Below, in pieces: positions 1 through 7,207 of a stretch of 56,006 bases of DNA. The position numbers and the translations under genes were made by a program. Positions within the stretch are counted from its first letter, which is position 1. Each line of letters begins with the position of its first letter. Origin of the DNA: Alphaproteobacteria bacterium (GTDB lineage: Bacteria > Pseudomonadota > Alphaproteobacteria > GCA-2731375); assembly GCA_029937535.1 (NCBI GenBank), contig JAPYPT010000003.1, positions 1 to 56,006 of the forward strand, read 5' to 3'. The notes under the pieces were generated by a model. It had not been told where the DNA came from. It made no database searches and saw nothing but the letters and a program-made list of their open reading frames with translations.

Positions 1-364
1 GGGCGGGCCCGCAACTCAACACCAACGCCGCGCCGACCCCCTGTCCCACGCGGGCCAGCAGCAGCCAATGATAGGCCGGCGCCGTGGCGCAGGCGATAAA
101 GGCCAGGGCGGAGACGGCCAGACCAATCATGAAAATACGCTTGTGTCCGAACAGATCGCCCAGTTTGCCGAACGCCAGCATCAGCGAGGCATTGGTCAGC
201 ACATAGCAGACCACGACCCATTGAATAGCCGCGATGGGCACGCCAAAGGAAGACGTAATATCGGGAAAGGCAATGTTGACGGAGGTATCCAGGGGCACGA
301 TCACGGTGCCCATGCCGACGATCAACAACCCCCCAAGGGGGGTGCCTTTGGCTCGTATTTTCAA
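1..364 (-). CDS. DHA2-family MFS transporter, N-terminal part (runs off the window edge; not in ORF track)
   Basis: Manual translation from TTG at 364 (TTGA overlap with the upstream stop) gives MKIRAKGTPLGGLLIVGMGTVIVPLDTSVNIAFPDI...GKLGDLFGHKRIF...LLLARVGQGVG. This has the DHA2 motif D1 (LDxxxVNIAFP) and MFS motif A (GxLxDxxGxKR). Confidence 0.9.
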   Translation of the reverse strand, partial: MKIRAKGTPLGGLLIVGMGTVIVPLDTSVNIAFPDITSSFGVPIAAIQWVVVCYVLTNASLMLAFGKLGDLFGHKRIFMIGLAVSALAFIACATAPAYHWLLLARVGQGVGAALVLSCGPA

Positions 365-1611
365 TAGACGGCCCGCAACCCGGAGGTGCTGTTGGCGCCC
401 CTGGCCTGTTCAACGCAGCTGGCCAGGTCGGCCAGATATTCCTCACGCCCCGGGGCATGGAACATGGACAGCATGGCATGCATGCCCTTGGGGTTTTGCG
501 TCAGACCCGGCAGCCAGCCGCGCTGGCCCATGGCTTCCGCGACGGCGAAAATATCCAGTTCGGCAGGCTTGCGGGCAGCAAAGTTGATGATCGTCAGATC
601 CGGCTCGGCCAGCATGTGCAAGCCGTCAATGGCCTTGATCCCGGCCACATAGCCATCGGTCATGGCGGCCAGTTCGCCTGCGATTGCCGTATAGCCGTCC
701 ACGCCCAGATGATGCATGACCGCCCAGGCCGCCGCCACGGCGCCGCCCGCCCGGGTGCCCGACAGGGTTGCGGTGCTGAATTGACCGTTGGGCCATTGAT
801 CAAAATGGAACAGGCCCCGCTCCCGGTCCCCGGCAAAGCGATAAAACAAGGTCGAGGCCGGTTTGGGGCAAAAGCCGAATTTGTGCAGATCGGCGGAAAT
901 GGTGCGGACGCCGGGCACGGCGAAATCGAAGCCAGGTATGTCGCGGCCCAGGCGTTGAAAAAACGGCGCCACATAGCCGCCCACGCAGGCATCCACGTGG
1001 AGCCAGATATCGCGCTCAAGGGCCAGCGCGCCGAGCTCGGTTATGGGGTCTATGACGCCATGGGGAAAACATGGCGCTGAACCCGCCAGCATGATGGTGC
1101 CGTCATCGATGGCGGCGGCCATGGCCGCCACATCGGCGCGGCGGCCCGTGCCCGTATCCAGGCGGCGCACGTCAAGATCCATCACGTCGGCCGCCTTGTT
1201 GAAGGCCGCATGGGCCGAAAAAGGCGCGACAATATTAAAGGGTTCATGCAGCCGGGGTTGCGCGCGGGCCCAATCCCGGCAGGCCTTGACCGCCATGAAG
1301 ATGCTCTCGCTGCCGCCCGTGGAGAGATTGCCGACGGCGCCGTCCGGGGCCTGGAATAGATCCAAGCCCATCTCCACCACCTCGTCCTCCATGCGCTTGA
1401 GGCCGAAAAAGGCCCGCCGGCCGCCCAGTGCGTTCTCCGAAAAATACTTCATGAAGGCCTGACGGCCGACTTCATGGGCGCTGTCGCTGCCATGAAAGAC
1501 ATACAACGGCGCCCGGCCCCGGCGCCAGTCGATGTCGTCCCCCGACATCTGGTTCATCTCGGTTTCCAGGGCCGGCCAGTCGGCGCCCCTCTTGGGGAAA
1601 GCTTTACGCAT
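361..1611 (-). CDS. PLP-dependent group II decarboxylase / sphingosine-1-phosphate lyase-like protein
   Basis: Motifs STGGSESIFMA, HAAFNKAA, HVDACVGGY and the PLP lysine in SADLHKFGF; SPL-like N-terminus RGRAPLYVF. Confidence 0.85.
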   Translation of the reverse strand: MRKAFPKRGADWPALETEMNQMSGDDIDWRRGRAPLYVFHGSDSAHEVGRQAFMKYFSENALGGRRAFFGLKRMEDEVVEMGLDLFQAPDGAVGNLSTGGSESIFMAVKACRDWARAQPRLHEPFNIVAPFSAHAAFNKAADVMDLDVRRLDTGTGRRADVAAMAAAIDDGTIMLAGSAPCFPHGVIDPITELGALALERDIWLHVDACVGGYVAPFFQRLGRDIPGFDFAVPGVRTISADLHKFGFCPKPASTLFYRFAGDRERGLFHFDQWPNGQFSTATLSGTRAGGAVAAAWAVMHHLGVDGYTAIAGELAAMTDGYVAGIKAIDGLHMLAEPDLTIINFAARKPAELDIFAVAEAMGQRGWLPGLTQNPKGMHAMLSMFHAPGREEYLADLASCVEQARGANSTSGLRAVY

Positions 1612-1616
1612 GAGGT

Positions 1617-2378
1617 TCAGGCTCCCAGATACATGCCGCCGTTGATGTGGACCACCTGACCGGTGACAAAACGGCCCGCCAGACCGCAGAGCGCCCGGAC
1701 AAGAGCGGCGACTTCCTCCGGCTTGCCCTTGCGGCCGATCAGATTGTTGGCGCCGACGCCGGGGGGCAGTTTCCCGGCGGAGGCGCCGCGCACGGTATCG
1801 ATGACGCCGGGGACCACGCAGTTCACGGTAATGCCGGTACCCGCCACTTCCTGCGCCAACGACCGCGTCATGGCCGAAATGGCGCCCTTGGCGGTGGCGG
1901 CGTGCAGACGGTCCTTGACGCCGATATAGGCCGCGACGCCGCCGATGTTGATGATGCTGCCCCGGCCGGCATTGGTGATGTGGGGCACGGCGGCGCGGGC
2001 GCAGAGATAGCTGCCTTCCACCGTGACCGATTGGGCCTGGCGCCAGCGGGCCAAATCCAACTCCGCCAAAGGCGCCAGGGCGCGGAAGGAGGCATTGTTG
2101 ATCAAAATATTCAGGCCGCCATGGCGGGCCACGACCGCCGCCACCATGTCCCCCACCGCGTCTTCATCCGTGACATCGGCCATATGAACAAAGGCCTGGC
2201 CGCCCGCATCCACGATCCGGGCCGCCAATTCATTGGCCGCAGCATCGGAACTATGGGCATTGATACACACGGCCGCGCCCGCGTCGGCCAGGTCCAGACA
2301 GATCGCCCGGCCGATATTCAGGGCCCCGCCGGTGACCAGGGCGACCTGGCCCGCCAGCTCCTTCGTGGGCGTTACCAT
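1617..2378 (-). CDS. SDR-family oxidoreductase (atypical active site)
   Basis: TGGALNIG Rossmann motif, NNA motif and VNCVVPG. The YxxxK position reads HAATAK. Confidence 0.9.
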   Translation of the reverse strand: MVTPTKELAGQVALVTGGALNIGRAICLDLADAGAAVCINAHSSDAAANELAARIVDAGGQAFVHMADVTDEDAVGDMVAAVVARHGGLNILINNASFRALAPLAELDLARWRQAQSVTVEGSYLCARAAVPHITNAGRGSIINIGGVAAYIGVKDRLHAATAKGAISAMTRSLAQEVAGTGITVNCVVPGVIDTVRGASAGKLPPGVGANNLIGRKGKPEEVAALVRALCGLAGRFVTGQVVHINGGMYLGA

Positions 2379-2382
2379 TGGG

Positions 2383-3351
2383 CTATTCCAGGACCTCCAC
2401 GTTGATCACATTGGCGGGGTCCAGCTTGCCGTCAAAACAATCAACCACATTCTGCGCCGCGATTTGTCCCATGCGGAAGATGGATTCCTCCGTGACGCCG
2501 GCCGAATGGGGACTGACAATGATGTTGTCCAGTTCGAACAACGGATTGTCCGCCGTGGCCGGCTCCACCACGAAGGGGTCAATCCCGGCGCCGGCGATGA
2601 CGTTTGCTTTCAAGGCGTCATACAACGCCGCCTCTTCGATGATGCCGCCACGGGCGGTATTGACCACATAAGCGGTTTTTTTCATGGCGCCCAACTCGGC
2701 GGCGGCGACCATGCCGGTGGTCTCTTCATTCTTCATGCAATTGATGGAGAGGAAATCGATCTCTCCCAACAGGGCCCGCCAGTCATCCACGGGCGTGGCG
2801 CCGGCGGTGCGGATGCCGTCCTGCACCACGTAAGGGTCGTGCACCAGAACGTTCATCTCCATGGCGACGAGGCGGTTGACCAGACGCCGCCCGATCCTGC
2901 CGAAGCCCATGACCATGACCGTGCGCCCCGCCAGATCGAAGGCCGGTTGCTCAAAGCGGACGGCCCAATTGCCCTTGCGTGTTTCCCGGTCATAGAGAAA
3001 GGCCTGCTTGGCCAGGGCCAGCATGAAAAACACGGCGTGTTCAGCGACCGTCACCGAGTTGGCGATGCCGGCGACGGACAGGGGGATGCCCGCCTTGGTC
3101 AAGGCTGGAACATTGACTGCGTCATAACCGACGCCAAACCGGGAGAGAATTTTCAACTTGCTCGCCGCCTCGATCAGGCGCGGCGTAAAAGCCGCGCCGC
3201 CCGTGATGGCCGCATCGTAGTTGCCGATATGTTGAAAAATATTGTCTTCGCTCAGTTCGCTGAACTGCTCCACCTCGATGTCGTCCCGCCCGTCAAAAAC
3301 GGATTTTATGCCGTCGCTGATCGCCAGCTGCACCATCACACGCTTTTTCAT
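2383..3351 (-). CDS. D-isomer-specific 2-hydroxyacid dehydrogenase (SerA-like catalytic domain, no ACT domain)
   Basis: GFGRIG and the NTARGG (Arg), VEP (Glu), SPHSAG (His) triad; ATG 3351 follows a GGGAGAG RBS. Confidence 0.9.
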   Translation of the reverse strand: MKKRVMVQLAISDGIKSVFDGRDDIEVEQFSELSEDNIFQHIGNYDAAITGGAAFTPRLIEAASKLKILSRFGVGYDAVNVPALTKAGIPLSVAGIANSVTVAEHAVFFMLALAKQAFLYDRETRKGNWAVRFEQPAFDLAGRTVMVMGFGRIGRRLVNRLVAMEMNVLVHDPYVVQDGIRTAGATPVDDWRALLGEIDFLSINCMKNEETTGMVAAAELGAMKKTAYVVNTARGGIIEEAALYDALKANVIAGAGIDPFVVEPATADNPLFELDNIIVSPHSAGVTEESIFRMGQIAAQNVVDCFDGKLDPANVINVEVLE

Positions 3352-3438
3352 GCCGTATCTCTCCCGCATTCAAAATTTTGTTCATTGCCGCATATCTTAC
3401 CTGATCCCGGACAATTGCCCAGAGGGCCGTTTGGCCGT

Positions 3439-3478
3439 GGAGCATGTCACGATTCACATTAGAGCGGAATTGCTCTAA
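3439..3478 (+). repeat. Internally deleted copy of the intergenic double-hairpin element (subtype 2)
   Basis: GAGCATGT left end joined directly to CGATTCACATTAGAGCGGAATTGCTCTAA, which matches the right end of the copy at 36516-36620. Confidence 0.7.
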
Positions 3479-3545
3479 GCTTGCCGGCGCGGCCGATCCG
3501 TTGTCGAGGGAACGCCGCACCCGATACGGCATTGAACATATTGGT

Positions 3546-3971
3546 ATGACGGAAGCGCACGCCGAACGGCAAATCGTGATCGTAAACGACCTGACCGAGA
3601 TCACCACGGTCATCGGCGAGTTTGAAAGCTTTGCCGCGTCGTGCGCCGTGCCGCCCGACGTCATCAGCCGTTTCTGCCTGATATTCGATGAAATGCTGTC
3701 CAATATCATCTTCTATGGGTTCCCGGACCAGGGCCGCCATGAAATAGACATCGCGATGGCGCGCCAGGGCGCACGGCTTAGCGTGACCATCACCGATGAC
3801 GGCATACCGTTCGACCCCCTTGGTGCCGTGACGCCCAATATGGAGCTGCCCATCGAGGAGCGGGAAATCGCCGGCCTCGGCATTCACCTGGTCCGAAATT
3901 TGGTACACGGCGCCCGCTACCGCCGCGAAGACGGACGCAATATCATCACCCTGATCCAGGAATTGAATTAG
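3546..3971 (+). CDS. RsbW/SpoIIAB-like anti-sigma factor Ser/Thr kinase (HATPase_c_2)
   Basis: N-box DEMLSNIIFYG, G1 DDGIPFDP and G2 GLGIHLV. The ORF-track start at 3444 lies inside the repeat remnant, so ATG 3546 is preferred. Confidence 0.85.
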   Translation: MTEAHAERQIVIVNDLTEITTVIGEFESFAASCAVPPDVISRFCLIFDEMLSNIIFYGFPDQGRHEIDIAMARQGARLSVTITDDGIPFDPLGAVTPNMELPIEEREIAGLGIHLVRNLVHGARYRREDGRNIITLIQELN

Positions 3972-3980
3972 GACCGAGCC

Positions 3981-4889
3981 ATGGATATCAAGACGATAGA
4001 CGCCGGCGCCCTGCACGTCGCCTACGAGGAGCATGCACCGAAGGATGGCCCGGCAGATGGCCCGGCAGATGGCCCTGTGGTCATTTTGCTGCACGGCTTT
4101 CCCTACGACATCCGGGCCTATGACGAGGTGGCGCCGCGTCTGGCGGCGGCCGGTTGCCGGGTCATCGTGCCTTATTTGCGCGGCTATGGTCCGACACGAT
4201 TTCGTTCGGCGGATACGCCGCGCTCCGGCCAGCAGGCGGTGTTGGGCAACGACCTGCGGGCGCTGATGGACGCCCTGGCCATACGGTCCGCCGTGCTGGG
4301 CGGTTATGACTGGGGTGGACGGGCTGCCTGCATTGTCGCCGCCCTGTGGCCCGAGCGGGTCGCGGGACTGGTCAGCTGCAACGGCTATAACATCCAGAAT
4401 ATTGCCAGTTCGGGACGCCCGGCGCCGCCCGATATGGAGCACAAGTTCTGGTATCAATATTATTTTCATAGTGAGCGGGGCCGGGCCGGGCTGGAGGCGA
4501 ACCGCCATCCTTACTGCAAACTGTTATGGCGGCTCTGGTCCCCGAACTGGCAATTCGACGATGCCACCTATGACCGTTCGGCGGTCTCGTTCGAGAACCC
4601 GGATTTTGTCGAGGTGGTGATCCATTCATACCGCCATCGCTATGCCTTGGTGCCCGGCGACGAGGCGGTGGAGGAGATCGAGGCCCGCCTGGCCGAACGC
4701 CCGTTGATATCCGTGCCCACGGTGGCCATGGACGGCGGCGGAGACGGCGTCATCTCGCCAAATGGCTGCGCCGGACACGAACGCTTCTTCACCGGCCCCT
4801 ACCGGCGGGAGGTCGTCCCCAGCGTCGGCCATAATCTGCCCCAGGAAGCACCGGAAGAGTTTGCCCAAGCTATATTGTCTCTGATCTAA
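3981..4889 (+). CDS. Alpha/beta hydrolase, epoxide hydrolase/haloacetate dehalogenase-like
   Basis: HGFP oxyanion motif, Asp nucleophile in GYDWGG, Tyr-rich lid WYQYYF and catalytic His in GHNLPQE. Confidence 0.9.
   Translation: MDIKTIDAGALHVAYEEHAPKDGPADGPADGPVVILLHGFPYDIRAYDEVAPRLAAAGCRVIVPYLRGYGPTRFRSADTPRSGQQAVLGNDLRALMDALAIRSAVLGGYDWGGRAACIVAALWPERVAGLVSCNGYNIQNIASSGRPAPPDMEHKFWYQYYFHSERGRAGLEANRHPYCKLLWRLWSPNWQFDDATYDRSAVSFENPDFVEVVIHSYRHRYALVPGDEAVEEIEARLAERPLISVPTVAMDGGGDGVISPNGCAGHERFFTGPYRREVVPSVGHNLPQEAPEEFAQAILSLI
4044..4075 (+). repeat. 12-bp in-frame tandem repeat (GATGGCCCGGCA x2.7, encoding DGPADGPADGP)
   Basis: Read directly from the sequence. Confidence 0.9.
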
Positions 4890-4920
4890 CTCACGTCGTT
4901 ATTGCCCCTTGATATATTCG

Positions 4921-4939
4921 ATTGACGTACATCGTCAAT
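4921..4939. promoter_or_regulatory. Inverted repeat, probable HigA operator
   Basis: ATTGACG-TACAT-CGTCAAT has perfect 7-bp arms and lies 10 bp upstream of the higB ATG; type II TA operons are typically autoregulated through such palindromes. Confidence 0.65.
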
Positions 4940-4949
4940 TTTGCCACAC

Positions 4950-5237
4950 ATGATTGTCAGCTTCCGCGATAGACGGACGGAACGGTTTGCCAGAGGCGAA
5001 TTTGTCAAGGCGTTTCAAGGTTTCGCTGAGCAGGCGGGGCGGCGGTTGGCTATATTGCATGCCGCGACTTCGGTCGACGTTCTCCGCGCAATACGGAGCA
5101 ATCGGCTGGAGACATTGAGTGGTGATCGAAAAGGCCAATACAGTGTTCGCATCAACAGGCAATGGCGACTTTGCTTTGAATGGCCACAGGGCGCACCAGG
5201 TCCGTCCAATGTGGAAATTGCAGACTATCATCACTAG
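4950..5237 (+). CDS. higB: HigB-family (RelE/ParE superfamily) toxin
   Basis: MIVSFRDRRTERF...NRLETLSGDRKGQYSVRINRQWRLCFEW...VEIADYH, with toxin-first gene order. Confidence 0.92.
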   Translation: MIVSFRDRRTERFARGEFVKAFQGFAEQAGRRLAILHAATSVDVLRAIRSNRLETLSGDRKGQYSVRINRQWRLCFEWPQGAPGPSNVEIADYHH

Positions 5238-5350
5238 AGCATGTTATTTTTAAACATGCCCGGATTATTAATAAAAGATCAATTGAACCAATCACTTGGG
5301 TCGCGCCAAATTCGTCTTGGGTGACTCTGAATAATTGAAAATTGTTCTAA
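5234..5350 (+). mobile_element. MITE/RIME-like double-hairpin intergenic element, subtype 1 (copy A)
   Basis: TAGAGCATGTT...AACATGCCC...CCAATCACTTGGGTCGCGCCAAA...AATTGTTCTA is near-identical to copies at 8.9, 32.9 and 34.9 kb; flanked by TA on both sides. Confidence 0.85.
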
Positions 5351-5358
5351 ATAGGGAA

Positions 5359-5667
5359 ATGCCAATGCTACACCATGCCGTTCATCCTGGGGAAGTTCTG
5401 AGGGAAGAGCTCGCCGAAATTGGCGTATCGCCCACCGAATTGGCGCGGCAAATCGATGTGCCGCCCAATCGGATGAGTCAGATTATCAATGGTAAACGCG
5501 CGGTCACGGGCGATACCGCGCTTCGGCTTGGCCATTGGTTCAATACCGACCCCCAGTTCTGGATGAATCTTCAAACACAATATGAATTGCTGGCCGCACA
5601 GAAAATCGCGGGCAAGCGAATTCGAAAATTACCTACAGTAATGTCCACGGAGTCCGCCGACCTTTAG
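5359..5667 (+). CDS. higA: HigA-family antitoxin (HTH_XRE)
   Basis: HPGEVLREEL, ELARQIDVPPNRMSQIINGKRAVTGDTALRLG and FWMNLQ. The ORF-track start at 5335 lies within the repeat; ATG 5359 follows AGGGA. Confidence 0.92.
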   Translation: MPMLHHAVHPGEVLREELAEIGVSPTELARQIDVPPNRMSQIINGKRAVTGDTALRLGHWFNTDPQFWMNLQTQYELLAAQKIAGKRIRKLPTVMSTESADL

Positions 5668-5684
5668 GCCAATCTAAATATTGA

Positions 5685-7043
5685 TCAGGCTGCCTGACCA
5701 GCGGACATATCCCGATAGAGCGTACGCTGTGCCACGTGATCGAAGCCGAGGCGGCGGATATCATCGAAATAGAGGGGGATGAGTTCACCGCGTCCGGCGC
5801 GATGGGCCGCATCGGCCAGAATTTGATAGAACAAATCCCGCTGGGCATGGCTGCCGCCGATCAGGGGCAGATCATGGCGGATGGGCGAGATCAAGGCCAC
5901 CACGCGGTCATAATCTTCCCTTCGGTGGGCCAGCATGGCTTCACAAAGTGGAATGCCCGCGGCACGGTAGGCGGTGGCCAGGCCACCTTCGGCGGTGGCC
6001 GCGAAATCGCGAATATTATCCAGTAGTCGATCCGCCGCCTGGAATTGCCCGGTGGCCGCCAGGACCATCATGTCATGGGCCGAGGAGAACGGATTGGCAT
6101 GGTCGTCCGTGCGCCCGGCGCAGATCTCCCCCAAAATGCCCCAATGGTCGCCCACATCGACACCGCGCAGTTCCAACCGCAGCAAAAGCGAGGCGACATT
6201 CTGCAAATCGATCGTGGCGGCGGGCATGGCCTGGACCAGGGGCGACGTGGGATTTCGAACCTGGGCCGTGACCAGATCCAAGGCTCGGTCATTGTCGCCC
6301 TGCTCCAGCAGCATCAGGCACAGATGCCACCACAGATGATGCCCGATTTGGTTCGCCGCGCCCCAATTGCCGCTGAGGCCTTCCAGCCAGGCGGCGCCAT
6401 CATCGACACGACCCTGCATGGCGTGGACATGGGCCACCGCGTGGGTGCCCCAGACATCCGTTGGCTCAATCTCCACGGCGAGGCGGCCGCAACGTTCGGC
6501 ATGCTCATAATCGCCGGCTTCTTCGCTGGAAAAGGCCCGCACGGATTGGAAGCAGCCGAATTCAGCCGTGTCTTCCGACCAGGCCGGCACGGCGCGTTCG
6601 GCAATATCCCGCATCCAGCCGGCCCTGCCGTTCCAGAATAATTCAAACTGCACCAGGCGGTGGGCCAGCAATTCGGTGGGGTATTTGACCAGCATCGCCT
6701 CCAAAACCGTGGCCGCCTCCACCCCGCGGCCATTGACCGCCGCCGTCAGGCTATCAAAATAGGCCAGTTCCCGGTCATCGCAATTCTCCATCAACGGCGC
6801 GGCCTGGGCCAACAAGTCCTTGATCAGCGGCCAGAATGCCGTGGTGCGGGCGGTCTGCAAGATCCAGCCCTTGGCCAGTTTGGCCAGGATAAATTCAGGA
6901 TCCGCCGCCATTGCCGCGTCCAGAAGGGCAATGGCATCCGTGCGCCAGGTGATAAAACCGCGCATGCCGGCATCAAATGCCTTGGCCGCGTCGGCATTGT
7001 GGGTGTTGAGAACATGGCCACGGCAATCGAGATAATCTGGCAT
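5685..7043 (-). CDS. Tetratricopeptide repeat protein 38 (TTC38)-like protein
   Basis: Recognised TTC38-type signatures: WGTHAVAHVHAMQGR, HLWWHLCL, DLQNVASLLLRLEL and GGSHAQRDLF. Confidence 0.8.
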   Translation of the reverse strand: MPDYLDCRGHVLNTHNADAAKAFDAGMRGFITWRTDAIALLDAAMAADPEFILAKLAKGWILQTARTTAFWPLIKDLLAQAAPLMENCDDRELAYFDSLTAAVNGRGVEAATVLEAMLVKYPTELLAHRLVQFELFWNGRAGWMRDIAERAVPAWSEDTAEFGCFQSVRAFSSEEAGDYEHAERCGRLAVEIEPTDVWGTHAVAHVHAMQGRVDDGAAWLEGLSGNWGAANQIGHHLWWHLCLMLLEQGDNDRALDLVTAQVRNPTSPLVQAMPAATIDLQNVASLLLRLELRGVDVGDHWGILGEICAGRTDDHANPFSSAHDMMVLAATGQFQAADRLLDNIRDFAATAEGGLATAYRAAGIPLCEAMLAHRREDYDRVVALISPIRHDLPLIGGSHAQRDLFYQILADAAHRAGRGELIPLYFDDIRRLGFDHVAQRTLYRDMSAGQAA

Positions 7044-7207
7044 GGGAACTCCTATAATTTTGGCGGTGCGGAGACGTGGTCAAGATAGGCATCGGCACGG
7101 GGCAGCGCGTCGTGCAAAAACTGCCCCGGTTCTCTTAGCGAAAGCCCATCGTATTTACGGTTCAGTTTTAGAGTCGTTTTTGGATCTGGGTGTGTGCATG
7201 GTGGCCA

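Noticed and set aside
68-587. + strand ORFs at the window start
   Set aside because: Antisense shadows of the MFS and PLP-enzyme genes
2383-3351. serA
   Set aside because: No ACT domain, and the catabolic context does not support the symbol
5335-5358. ORF-track N-terminal extensions of higA, regB (25640), the anti-sigma gene (3444) and the cysteine hydrolase (8929)
   Set aside because: These starts fall within the repeat elements; downstream ATGs fit the families better
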